Source: Octopus sinensis
Taxonomy: Eukaryota
Direction of reading: 5' to 3'
DNA length: 64,000 nucleotides
NCBI RefSeq assembly: GCF_006345805.1
Contig: NC_042998.1
Span: 172,918,001 to 172,982,000, forward strand
The notes under the pieces are model-generated. The model made no database searches. It saw nothing but the letters and a program-made list of their open reading frames with translations, and was not told the DNA's origin. The position numbers were made by a program, and so were the translations under genes. Positions 40,030-52,954 of this stretch are shown here, piece by piece. The stretch's first letter is position 1; each line of letters begins with the position of its first letter.

Positions 40030-41809
40030 TGAAATAAGTTACCGAACGATAAAACGGAGAGATAATGTGCCTTTAGAAACGATGTTTTAACTCGGCGATG
40101 GTGATAAAAGGGATTGTGTTATTTCTCTCACATGTACATATACCCACACGTTAGCATAATTACTTTCAGACACAAATAGAAAATTTGTTTTGTTGATTTT
40201 AGCTTGAGTTATTACGTATTTTGAGTCTGAAATTGTGTGTTCATTTCATTATTTTGTATAAGCACCATGAAAGTTGAAAAACAAAAAAAAAAAAAAATGT
40301 AAATTTGTTTTCTTTTTTTTCGCCTCTCACGTAATAACTGATATCCACATTGGCAAAAAATATATTTTCGACTTTATCCATCATACAACGAGCAGTACTA
40401 GTTACTAAACTAAATCGCAAAAACAGATCTTGCATCCATACACACACACACACATGTACATACATACACACATACATACATAAATACATAGATACATAGA
40501 TACATACATACAAACATACATTCATACATACATACATACATACATACATACATACATACATACATACATACATACATACATAAATGCATACATACATCCG
40601 TACGTACGTACGTACACGTACACATTAAGATATAATGAACACCTGATATTAACTCTTCATATAAATCGCTGTATCTTGGTTTGTTTCAGAAGAAAAATGT
40701 GCAACATTTTAACGGAAAATATATCGATCTGGAAACTGATAATGCAATACAATCTTAGAGCATCTCAGTCTTTGAGATTCAAATGCGTAGGAAACAGTGT
40801 ACTTATTGTTAACGGTTTCACAATTAAGATAAGCCGTTATACTGTTACAGAACACGCTTTACTTAGAGATAACAACCTAATTTTGTAGAAGACAAACTAA
40901 ATTGTCGTTTATATATACTAGAAATAGCGGTCAAATCTACTTAAATTCTTTATCGTCTTACCAAGAAATGACACTTTGGATAATGTACTACTAAATACGC
41001 TAAATCTTCTGAAAATGGCAAACACTATTTCCAATAATCTTGATTGCACAAAAGAGAGAAAGTTACTTAATGAATTAACCGAGGGGAACCAACATGCCGA
41101 GGACTGGCGTGCAAGAAACTATAATACAATGACATGATGAAGGAGGGACAAGATGGATAATGTCAGCTTAGAAATATAATGCTTATGTGAAGTACGGATA
41201 AATCACGGATTAAATGACTTTCATCATGAGTCTAGATTGGTTTTCAACTCAATGTGCTTTATACATCGTGCTCACGCGCACACAAACACATGCGCGCGCG
41301 CACACGCACACACACACATACACACATTCAAGGGGTACACTTAGGCACACTCACATACGCACGTATGCCTATGCACACACACACACACACGAGTGTGTGT
41401 GTTTACATGTGTGCGAATGACCGTTGCTAAAGCTTAATTGCTAGAAAACAAGTGAGACTGAATCGATGCGAGGAAAGGTACTGTCTGAACATAAGACAGT
41501 CAATGTGTGCTGGAAAAATGTTGGTAGAGAGAATCTGAAGAGCTGGTGAATATGCTACTCCTGAGCCAACTCAGCTTAAGGCACGCACCAAGCATACGTG
41601 CATCACTAGAATGTTTTATTGTACACGTTTCCACTTTACATCGCTAAATATCAAACTGTGGTGAAAAAATGAAAGGTACGTTCCATTAATAAATACAGTG
41701 ACATCATATTTACATCTCTTCATTTTATTTGTGCACCATGGTACAATCCAGGTGCCAACGCATTTATGATGTACGTCAATCAAGCCGAGACAGATCCTTT
41801 GTCTCAAGC

Positions 41810-41905
41810 GTTATGGTTATGTGGTCAAAGAGCTTTGTTTGTAAATGCTTAGTTTCGGGTTCAGTCCCGCAGTGCTACAACTTCAGCAAGTGTCTTCTAC
41901 AATGG
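41810..41905 (+). mobile_element. SINE family B head fragment
   Basis: TGTGGTCAAAGAGCTT...CGGGTTCAGTCCCGC...CAAGTGTCTTCTAC. Confidence 0.6.
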
Positions 41906-42005
41906 CTTACTTATTTATTTTTTCAAAAAGTTTTCGTTGCGTCTTGCAACCTTTTCAATAGTCGTTGACTCTCTCTTTTTCTCTCTCTGTTTATTTTCTC
42001 TTACA

Positions 42006-42043
42006 CCTTTCCGTTGAAGAGCGTAGGCTCGAAACGTAAAAGA
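42006..42043 (+). ncRNA. Ultra-minimal type I HHR-like motif in a PLE tail element (41930-42138)
   Basis: CCTTT-CCGTTGA-A-GAGC-GTAG-GCTC-GAAAC-GTA-AAAG. Stem III has no loop (palindrome ACGT) and the core is degenerate. Confidence 0.55.
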
Positions 42044-42240
42044 TGTTTAATTTTTCCCGAGTTTCAAAGTAATACATTTGCTTGTTGTTTATTTCATACA
42101 TCTGTCGTCATCTTTTGTTTTTCTATAAATTTCAACTATATATATATAATATATATATACATATATATATATATGTGTGGTGTGTGTGTGTGTGTGTTGT
42201 GTGTGTGCGTGCGTATTAATATGTATATATATATATATAT

Positions 42241-42627
42241 ATATATGAAAAAAACAATTCAGGATAGAAAATGCTAAACTAATTTTATAAAGAACATTTC
42301 AGTACCGGTTTCAGTCATTGAAACCTTTTCAACTGTAACAATTAAATAATTAAATTTAGAAAAATTAAAAGAAAAGTTTTTTTAGAAGAATATTTGTATA
42401 GTGTTCAAATATAAGTGGCATTTTCCTTGTTTCTGCTTTCTCTGTCTCTCTTGGTTACTCTTGTGGCTTCGAGGTCGTTGTGAATTCACAACTTTTCTTT
42501 TAATTTTTCTAAATTTAATTATTCAATTGTTACAAATGAAAAGGTTTCAATGACTGAAACCGGTACTGAAATGTTCTTTATAAAATTATTTTAACATTTT
42601 CTATCCTGACTTGTTTTTTCATATATA
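42241..42627. mobile_element. Fold-back element in (TA)n, ~135-bp inverted arms each with an HHR motif
   Basis: 42241-42378 versus 42490-42627. The minus arm reads CAG-TTGAAAA-GGTTTCAATGACT-GAAAC-CG-GTA-CTG. Confidence 0.8.
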
Positions 42628-42710
42628 TCAACTCGTATGTTCCATTTCATCCTTATACATACATACATACATACATACATGCATACATACATACATACAT
42701 ATATATATAT

Positions 42711-42762
<52 letters not shown>

Positions 42763-43036
42763 TACACATATATATTTACTAATACGAACATATATACAGA
42801 CAGGGAGAGAGTGTGAGAGAAGGAGGTAATATAAGAGAGATAGAGAGAGGGCGTAGGTCGATCTGACTTGAAAAATAACACACTCACAGTGAGTCTCGTT
42901 TACTACTTATCGTATCCGTATAGAAAAAATAACAGATGACGCCGACTGGATTCGAACTTGACATTCTAAAGGTTATACCAATTCTCCTACGTAGGGTTGA
43001 GACTCTGAATCTCCACCGGATTGGTAGCGGTTGTAC

Positions 43037-43089
43037 AAATACATATATACATATATGTGTGTGTAAATATATATATATATTATATATAT

Positions 43090-43188
<99 letters not shown>

Positions 43189-43190
43189 TA

Positions 43191-43225
<35 letters not shown>

Positions 43226-43235
43226 ATATATATAT

Positions 43236-43300
<65 letters not shown>

Positions 43301-43445
43301 CATGCATACATATATATGTATATATACATATATATATATGCATACATATATATATATACATATACATATATATCTACACACACATACATATATATATATA
43401 CAATACATGTATATATACATACACACATATATATATTTACATATG
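43037..43445. repeat. Long compound (TA)n/(TACA)n microsatellite
   Basis: Direct reading; one of dozens of TA/CA/TACA/AAT/GA/TATC tracts in the window. Confidence 0.95.
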
Positions 43446-44028
43446 CACTAACACACACAAATACTTAAATGTACACACACAGCATATACAATCATATACA
43501 ATCCGTATATGCATACATGTGTGCGTGCGTATATATGTATATACGTTTGACTGTAGATGGAATGTATGAGGCAAGTAGATCAAAGAAACAAGTTATTTTA
43601 ATTCTCATGCTACAGGCATGGAAGAAATAACAGATTTCAGGTTCGCTGTAGCTTTTGACATACTTGGTGAACGAGATGCAGTTAAGGTCAATGACTGCTG
43701 GAAGAAATGCGGTGGCGAGGACGGCAAGAAGACCTAAACTCTTGGAGTGACACAAAAAAAACAGGCACATATGCTAGAGCGCACGCAGCACACACACACA
43801 CGCGCACAAACACACACACACACATACACACACATACACACACATACACACAAACGCACAGACACACACATACACACGCATACACACGCATACGCACAGA
43901 CACACATGTATATATGGATGGCTAGATACAGAAATATATATAGATGGGAATAATTATAATTACACACACACACACACAGGCACACACACACACAGGCACA
44001 CAAACACACAGGCACACACACACACAGG

Positions 44029-44063
<35 letters not shown>

Positions 44064-44087
44064 GTGTGGTGTGTGTGTGTATAAATT

Positions 44088-44126
<39 letters not shown>

Positions 44127-44145
44127 AATACACACACGCGCACAA

Positions 44146-44178
<33 letters not shown>

Positions 44179-44689
44179 GATGTTCTGATAGACACATACA
44201 CACACACATACAGGAAGACATGCACAAATACACACATAGACGTTCACATGCATAATAGCCAATCAGGAACATGACATAAAAAAGAAAAGGAAAAGAGAGT
44301 TAGACACGAATATATATGATTTCTTTTTGGAAGTATCCATTACAGACACTGAAAGACTCTCACGATGCAGGAATGCTGTCAATTTATGAAAATATTCTCT
44401 GTTACCTTTTCGGAACGTGACGCAGTAATTGTTAAAATCATTGCGTATTGAAAAGCCGCCTATATTCTTAGGTGCATTGGTAACGGTGAGATCGAAATAT
44501 ATGTAAATATATCTTTAGTTGTATATTGCATTAGGCAATGATTTTCTATACTATAGACAGCAGTGTCGGACTAAATCACGACGCATTTGAGGTTTAATAT
44601 GCATGTCATTGTATTATACAAACATATATATGTATGTGTGTGTATATCTATCTACCCCTTGTGGGTAGTAAAGAAAATATGTATATATC

Positions 44690-44885
44690 TATCTGTGTTT
44701 GTACCCCACCACAGGTGTTGATGCGTTTACCTTCCTGAAGCTTAGCGTTTCGGCAAAGAGACCGATGAAATAATTTACAACAGTCTTAACGAAAAATATA
44801 AACTAAGGTCGATTCATACGACTTACATTTCAAGTCGATGCCCTGGCATGGCTGCGGTCTAATGACTAAGACAGGTAAGCAGTCG
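44690..44885 (+). mobile_element. SINE family B 3' half (decayed)
   Basis: TGTGTTTGTACCCCACC...CTTAGCGTTTCGGCAAAGAGACCGAT...CATGGCTGCGGTCTAATGACT. Confidence 0.6.
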
Positions 44886-45605
44886 AAGGTTTACATTCAC
44901 ACACATACACACACACGTATGTATGCATGTATGTTTGCATGTATATGTGTGTGTGTGTATGTTTGTGTATGTATGTATGTATGTATGTCGTGTGTATGTA
45001 TGTATGTATGTATGTATGTATGTATGTGTGTATGTGTGTATGTATGTATGTATGTATTTATGTATGTATTTAATCAATTCAGTTTTGTAAACAACATTCA
45101 ATGAACGAACTCATTACTTTTACCAAAGCTGAAGAGAGATGTTATTCGCCCACTTTCCATGGCCTTAGACCAGAATATATGTGTGGATCTTGGCAAGAAA
45201 CTAAACGCCCGGGGTACATTACACTAACGACACGCAGCCCAGACAGTCATTTTCACCAATCAGGTGAAATGAGAAGTATACATAGGGAAGGCTCATGAGA
45301 TAACTCTTGCCAAAGGCTAGTAAATGATTGAACTGTGCAGGAGCAATGGTTGGTAGAACCGCTAAATATCATTTGAATTAGGCTGTAGGGGTTTGTGGAA
45401 CGAAGATTGCAAATATCTCACTGAGCAAGGTGTTTAATGCTGGCTTATTCGCAAGATCGTACAACCCTGGAGCATCACTGAATGTGCCTCCTACTGCATT
45501 CGCAAGATGCATATTTGAATAACATATCTATATATATATATGTATGCATACGTATATACATGTACGCATACATACACATCTACATATATGCAAGCATACA
45601 GAAAT

Positions 45606-45639
<34 letters not shown>

Positions 45640-45821
45640 GTATTAATGTTTGTTTCTACGTCAATTGTAATAAAATCAATTTTGCAATAAACTGAAGAAT
45701 AAGTCAATACATTTGTTGAGAGTAGGCTTCATCATACATCATATGTATACATATGTATGTGTGTATATATATGTATATATATATGTATATATACATACAT
45801 AACATATATACATATATATAT

Positions 45822-45870
<49 letters not shown>

Positions 45871-45879
45871 AATAGAATA

Positions 45880-46008
45880 CAGTAATCCCTCGCCATATCA
45901 CGGTTCACCTATTGTGGTTCATCTATCGCGGTTTACTATTTAAGCTTACGTCGAATCCTCTGTGGTGTTGTTTTGCATTATAATAAAATAGATATATGCG
46001 AATTATGT

Positions 46009-46010
<2 letters not shown>
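45880..46010 (+). mobile_element. Tc1/pogo (Tigger-like) MITE left end
   Basis: TA|CAGTAATCCCTCGCCATATCACGGTTCACCTAT. A related TTCACCTATCGTGG segment lies at 48570-48633. Confidence 0.55.
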
Positions 46011-46052
<42 letters not shown>

Positions 46053-46125
46053 TATATATATATATATTATATATATATATATATAATACTACAAAATTAG
46101 AAAATGGAGAAAACATACTTAAATC

Positions 46126-46502
46126 GGATCTTCCATATCATGGCCAGGACCCCAGATCTTTCTAGTTAACTAAATAATTTGAAACTTCGTGTACTCATAG
46201 GGTGGAACTAGTTTAATCGCCATTTGGAACTAGTTTATTTGAGAAAAATCTATTTTATGACTTTAATCGTAGATTAAAACTGCGAATTTTAACCAATGAG
46301 ATTGCTTGTTTTCATATGTAAAACGTTACTGCGATCTGTTAGTGTGACGTTGAAAGCAGTTTTGACGTAGTCTGCTCTCTCTTGTAAGTCTGTCTGCCTC
46401 CCCCTCTCTTACTATATTACATTTATCTTGCTTGAACTCATTGAAATAAAACGTCCTCCTTTTTTTCTGTCTGTCTGTCCTTTTCTCTCTCTCTCTCTCC
46501 CT

Positions 46503-46536
<34 letters not shown>

Positions 46537-47086
46537 CTGTATATATGTATGTTCATATATGTATGTAAATATTTATGAAATAAATAAACACACATATTCG
46601 TGCGGATGTATTAAATATCTAAAATGTGTGAGCCTTATATAATTAAACTGATGATATATATATATATATACACATATATATATATATGTGTGTGTGTGCG
46701 TGCGTGTAATGTATGTATAATTATATATATGCGTGTGTGAGCGTGTGTGTGTGTGTGTGTGTGTGTGTGATGAAAGGCAAAATCGACCTCGGCGGAGATG
46801 CCACTTCTTAATAGCAAACGAAAGCGCTTTGTTTACATTTAAGATGTTTAATACGTCACGAAATTGGTGGTCGAGACGGAGTAAATAAAATAAAGCCGAA
46901 TGACGGAATATCATTGGTTAAAATTCTAATTATTAAACAACGTTAAACTTAGAAGTTACAATTCCGTTTTCATTCTGGTTTACAATTAAGTTTACTTTTG
47001 ACACATTCTACCAGTATACGAAGTTTCAAATTGTTTGGTTCAGTAGGAAAAATTTGAAAAAACTGGCTTCAGAATAGAAAAGATCC
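46126..47086. mobile_element. Non-autonomous DNA transposon with GGATC...GATCC termini and an 8-bp TSD (Merlin-like)
   Basis: Perfect TSD CTTAAATC at 46118-46125 and 47087-47094. Subterminal IR TTTGAAACTTCGT/ACGAAGTTTCAAA. The right end is shared with 56198-56646. Confidence 0.8.
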
Positions 47087-47099
47087 CTTAAATCAATCA

Positions 47100-47745
47100 A
47101 ACATCAACCAACAGATGATACCCAATCAATACTTTATTACACCATTACATAACAGTAAAGGCATTATACAAAATATATAGTGAATATAATTAGACAAGGA
47201 AATATGAAATATAAAATATAAGATATAATATGTAATTATATCATATCTGACAGCTGAAGGTTTGGAAATGATGTACAGGTATTTTATATTAGAAGAAATG
47301 AGGTACTCAGAAATGCGGATGGTTTTATATTTACAGATATTTATTTATATATTACATGTTTTTATACATCATATATCATATATCATATATTAGCGCTTTC
47401 CTCCATTCTAGTGGCGTTTTCAAACTGAACTAAGTTCTTATGGATAAATTTGACCATTTTCATAGTGTTATTGAGTGTGTAATGGTGGGGAGGGATATAA
47501 GATAGTACTAGAGAGTGATGAATGGGGAGAAAGTGAGCGAGAGCATGTGTGTGTGTGTGTGTGCGTGTGTTTGTATCTGAATGTGGTGTTAAAGAAAAAA
47601 AAGGAAAGGAAGAAAAGGAAGAGAAAGAAGGAAAAATTGTTTTGTTGGTCTCTTTTGTAGCTGGTCAGGATGTTTACCCCAAGGGCAGTAAAGTGTCATT
47701 TTTCAAAAAAATTGTCTGGATTTCTTTTTTACCATTGTCTAGGAG

Positions 47746-47793
<48 letters not shown>

Positions 47794-47797
47794 AAGA

Positions 47798-47832
<35 letters not shown>

Positions 47833-48563
47833 TGTATCTGAAAGGGGTATTAAAGAAAAAGAAGGAAAGGAGAAAGAAGGGGAGAAATAGTTGTTTGTCA
47901 AAAAGAATTCTTGGCTTACAGTGATTATAAATCCAGCTGTTTGTATTTCCTTTTTATTATTGATTTGTGAGTGTGTGTGTGTGTGTGTGTGTTTATGCGC
48001 GCGCGCGTGTCTGTGTGTACGCGTGTATTTGTGTTTTTGTATCTGAAAAGAGTGTTAAGGAGGAATGGTCAAGTTGTTAAAAATAACCAGTCATTGGCTT
48101 TTAGCCATGGTCAAGTTAGCTGAGTGCCAAAATGTCACTTTTATCATTGTCTTGTGAGAAAGTGTGCGTGGGTGTTTGCATATCTGAAAGGAGTGTTTAA
48201 AGAAGAAATAATTGTGTTGATATTTCAATACAGTTCTTTCAATCCAATGTTTGATTCCTGTGCTTACATAGGATGGAGTATCTGGATTGGAGATTGTTTT
48301 TATTTATGTATATGTACATATGTGTAGAACTCTATGTATGTGTGTGTGTGTGTGTGTGTTTAATACAATTTACAAATTTTATCATTCATCTAGTACTCCT
48401 TACGATAGAAATGTTTTCAGTCATTCAATTTGGGGGAGAACTATTTTTCCATATTCCTCCTGAAGGAGGTGTCATTCTTTGGACATTTGTAGAAGGGAAA
48501 GATCTTAAATTTTCTTTCTCCACATGTATCTCCACATGTATCTGTCGGACATGTTGTCGGTGA
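47100..48563 (-). mobile_element. Penelope-like element 3' portion: GIY-YIG endonuclease C-terminus, long UTR and HHR-like motif
   Basis: Minus 48424-48563 reads TCGERKFKIFPFYKCPKNDTSFRRNMEK*FSPKLN (PLE EN end 'FKIFPFYK...R...E..FI....PKLN'). HHR-like TTGAAAA..CCA/TGG..GAAAG-CG-CTA lies at 47388-47425. Confidence 0.7.
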
Positions 48564-48645
48564 ATTCTATATACAGTACAGTAGTGTTTCTACACCACGG
48601 ATTTTCACCTATCGTGGGGTGTTTTGGAACGTACTTTATATAATA

Positions 48646-48879
48646 TCCGGGCTACATATGTTTCATAACGAGCGGATGCTCGGCAGCGGGAAATATCCAA
48701 GCGAGGTTTAGACCGCAGGCTTCTCGTCAGGTCGAGATTGTCTTGATCGAATGAAAGTTCATTTAATCAAGACGACCTTGGCTTGACTTGTAGCCTGCTG
48801 TATATTTGGATATTTGCTTGGATGCTTGTATATATCGCACTTCCGAGGTTCGCTCGCTATGAAACATATGTTGGCCGGA
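48646..48879. repeat. Imperfect ~235-nt rod-like hairpin
   Basis: TCCGG..ACATATGTTTCATA.CGAGCG pairs with CGCTCGCTATGAAACATATGT..CCGGA. The apex is GTCTTGAT..AATGAA-AG-TTCATT..ATCAAGAC. Confidence 0.8.
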
Positions 48880-49008
48880 CGCTATATACTACATTCCTTA
48901 ACTCTTGTATTCTTATTCGCATGCCTGTCATACATACATACATACATACATACATACATACATACATACATACATACATACATACATACATACATACATA
49001 CATACATA

Positions 49009-49335
49009 GAGCTAAAAATCAGTGATAAAAGGATACCTACACTGAACTATTGCGAAACCTAGAGAGAGGCGTATCCTGATTATAAGTTCAGGTTTATACC
49101 TGTAATTATTGGAACACTAGGATATGTAACACACTGCATAAATACCAATCTTGAGAATATAGGTTTCTCAAAACTAGAACGGAGAAAGCTTATTCGAAGA
49201 TTACAGATCCAAGCCATCACCGGGACTGTAAAAATCTGTAAAACTTTCCAGAAGTTTATCATTTAAGTATATAAAAGCATGTCTAGATATGCAAATATAT
49301 GCATGAGAAGACATACATAAAACAAAACATGCACA
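49009..49335 (+). mobile_element. 3' end fragment of the (TACA)n-associated RLE LINE
   Basis: Homologous to 52395-52720 (YKFRFIPVIIG..GYVTHC) and flanked by (CATA)n on both sides. Confidence 0.85.
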
Positions 49336-49470
49336 TCTGCACATATACATACATACATGCGTACATACAAACATGCATGCATGCATACATACATACATAC
49401 ATACATACATACATACATACACACATACATACATACATACATGCATACATACATACATACATACATACAT

Positions 49471-52400
49471 TAGAAGCGACAAGTCACGTATTTGGCGTGG
49501 GAGACTATCGAAAATACGATGAATACTATCTCCAACTTTGGAGCCTTGTTATATAACTGGTTAATCTTCAGATGAATTAACTGAGGGAGCCTTTTATTCC
49601 CGATCATAGTAATTTTCGACTGAAACTTTAATTTAGCAGGCAGAGAGTTACTAAAAACAACATGGCTGGACACAACATCAACAACAACACAATCGAGGAA
49701 CAGAACGAAAATAACAGCTCAACTTGTAAACAATACCTGTTTAGCTGTAATAATAGAAGAAACCGTAACTACAAAGCCCATTTCTTTTTGAGTTATGAAT
49801 TCAATAATGATCTATTTAACTGTTTCGAAAAAGCGACACAGAACTCCACTGTTGGCTATATGAAACGATTGAAATCAAAATGGGACCATCTGCATCCAGA
49901 ATTAAATCATTTTACTGCGAAGCAACTACGCCAACAAGCAACATTTGTAGAACATAGAAAGAAGGTTAGTAACTATAACTTTATTAAGAAATCGAAAATT
50001 AACCATCTTCCCAAATCTATAAACAATAACGAAAACATGAATGATATAAGACCATCCAGTGGTTTCGCAGCTAGCGACATTCCAACAGATTCCATAGAGC
50101 CTGCCAGCCAAACTATATTACTGGCTCAAGTAACTGACCACTGCCCTCCTACTACAACTATGGTAAATAGCAGACACAACCTCAACGGTTATTGTAGCCA
50201 TGTTGGTAGTCAGGATTACATGCCAGTGAAATGTGCCTTACTGAAATTTTCCGAGAAAAAATAACTTTGGCTTTGAATGACTGCCTCGAGGAGAGAGTAT
50301 TTTCTACCAAAGTAAGTAAAAAAACAAAAAAAAACACCCCACCAGATACGGTATTAAAAGCTGTTGACGAATTTAGTGATGAGTATTTACAACAGTGTGA
50401 TGAACCCACATACTGGTAGATTAACGCTTGTCTATATGCTCTGGCTACTACTGTAAAACTGTACATGAATGATATTCAAAAAGTAAACAAAACCTAAATA
50501 ACAAGGAAAGCAGCATCATGGGTTTTGAAGACAGAGAAAAAGATAACTGGTTTATGGAAGACCATCAGTCATGCAATGATGCTTATTGTATGCAAACAAA
50601 TGAATCACTATACGTCCCACCAACATGAAGTAAAGGAGATAGAAATGATGTTTGGAGACGGCAAAATGAGGACACTCACCTGCAGACTGATTACTCAAAA
50701 GCAAGAGCTAAAAACTGACAGTGAAAAACTCCGACATTAGAAGAGAATAACCGTGGGAAGAATAATAAACAAAATATTTAATCCCAACCAGGAAACAGTA
50801 TACACAGACTTGCGAGGAGGAGCAATAAATATTACAGAAGCTCCTTCACGAGAAGACATAGACTCCTTCTGGAGGAAAATCTGGAGTGAAGAGAAGGAAT
50901 TTAACCAAGATGCTCTGCGGCTGGAAGACATCCGAAAAAGGTATTGCTCATGTATTACATACAAGTAATACAACATTGATGGTGAAACTCTTGCAACTGT
51001 GATCCAGAATGGAAAGGTACCTGGAAGAGATTATATTTTTGGATATTGGTGCAAGAAGCTAACATTCTGCCGATCATATCATATAATCTGTACCAGCAAG
51101 CTTTTATTGAGAACAGTAGCATACTACACTGGTTAGCTCTGGCAGAGATAAAATCGATACCCAAATGCAGAATCAACCACATGGCAAAAAAACTACTGGC
51201 CAAGTGCATGCCAGAACTTAATGTGTAAAATATATACAACTTGTTTAAACCTCTTCCTCAAGGATCATTGTGAAACCAATAACATTTTCACAGCAGAACA
51301 ATTAACTGGCAAGAAGGGAATTTGAGTATGTGCCGAGCAATTGTTAATCGACAAAACTTTGATCCCAGAGGTGTGTTTGCATAGGAGGAACCTAGTTTCA
51401 ATGTGGCTGCGCTACAAGAAAGCCTTTTACTCTGTTCTCCACTCATGGATGCTAGAAGCCCTTCAACTCGCTAAAGTTACAGTGAGAATAGTCAAAGCCA
51501 TAGCTGACTGACTTCATCGTGGGCCACCATCTTGAAATTAAACACAAATAGTGAATGCACTATCACCGATAGAATACAATATCGCAAAGGCATATACCAA
51601 TGAGACAGCCTCTTTGTGATGTTGTTTATACTTTCTGTAAACCCCTTGTCATTCATGTTAAGGAAGTCTGAAGGATATCTCACTGGTTCACAAGGAAACA
51701 GAAATACCAAAATTACACACTGTTTCTTTGTGGATGACTTAAAACTTTATACAAAGAATATGCATGAAATGAATAAGAGCCTTGGCCTAGTTACAACATT
51801 CTCAAAGGATGTAGGATTGGAATGTGGTCTACCGCAACGTATCATCAGATGAAAGGATGGGCGTATATATCAACAGAAGACCATGCATGGATATCTCAGT
51901 AGAAAGCTCTGAGATGATAGTAATATTGAGCATCAAAGCAGTCTATCATGGATCAACAACCGGATTACTAACTCTCACTTTGAAGGGGCTGCGTTTGCAA
52001 TCCAGGAAGAAAACATATCAACCAAAAGAGGGGCAGTAACGTGGGACAAGCGGCAAAATTTGATAACTGATGCAGAAATAGTGGAGTTAACACTGAAGAG
52101 ATCATCCACATCATAAGTAGTTATCCGAAAATGTCATCATGGTATTAGCTAGCGATGAGACATGGTGTAGCTAGGACATTGTATAATGAGATCCATCGAA
52201 AGGATAACCCCAAGGCTAAAGAAATAAGAAACTAAAGTATGGTAGAAGCCATAGCCACCCACAATAAAAAGAAATACTGGTGGGCTGTCTCAGTGAAAAC
52301 CTCAATAAAATGACCTGACATAAACCTGACATAGTAAGAGAAGAGAAACTGTGTACATTTGTGGAAATCAGCTGCCCTGTGGATGTTAACATAAAGCTAA

Positions 52401-52850
52401 AGATCAGCGAAAAGGAAATACTTATGCTGATCTATTGAGGAATCTACAGCTACTCTACACAGATTACAAGTTCAGGTTTATACGTGTAATTATTAGAGCA
52501 CAGGGATATGTAACACACTGCCTAAATGCCAATCTTGAGAAATTAAGCTTCTCAAAACTAGAAAGGGGAAAGCTGATTCGAAGACAAGAAGTCCAAGCCA
52601 TCTCTGGAACTGTAACAATCTTTCCAGAAGTTTATCCTTTAAATATATATGAGCATGTCTAGAAATGCAACTAGATGCATGAAAATACAAACATAAAACA
52701 AAACATAAGAATTGTTTGCACATATACATACATATATATATACAAAAATACCCTGTTGATGGTGAAATTCCAATGATGGAGCCTGGGATATAGGTTAGAA
52801 ACCGGCTCTTTCCCTATTGGTAAGAAATCTTGAAATAAAACTGAATACTA
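49471..52850 (+). mobile_element. Near-full-length but decayed RLE non-LTR retrotransposon (R4-related) in (TACA)n
   Basis: N-terminal GYMKRLKSKWD..LRQQA; KGIYQ*DSL..LFILSVNPLS; ITHCFFVDDLKLY; KPDIV...VEISCPVD endonuclease motif. Confidence 0.85.
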
Positions 52851-52954
52851 TCAAGAACACAAGCATACTTACGTATACATACATATACTCATAAACACAA
52901 ACGCATTTTTATATATTATATAAGCACACATTATATTGATTTTTCCATCATTTA

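Noticed and set aside
42930-43000. tRNA-like sequence on the minus strand (AATTGGTATA ... GTTCGAATCC)
   Set aside because: The anticodon arm is missing; at most a decayed SINE or pseudo-tRNA.
42884-43458. Long ORFs such as [12 protein letters not shown], poly-I, poly-N and poly-M here and throughout the window
   Set aside because: They are translations of TA, CA, AAT and GAT microsatellites, not genes.
49662-50264. 200-aa ORF as a host gene
   Set aside because: It is the N-terminal part of the decayed RLE LINE ORF.
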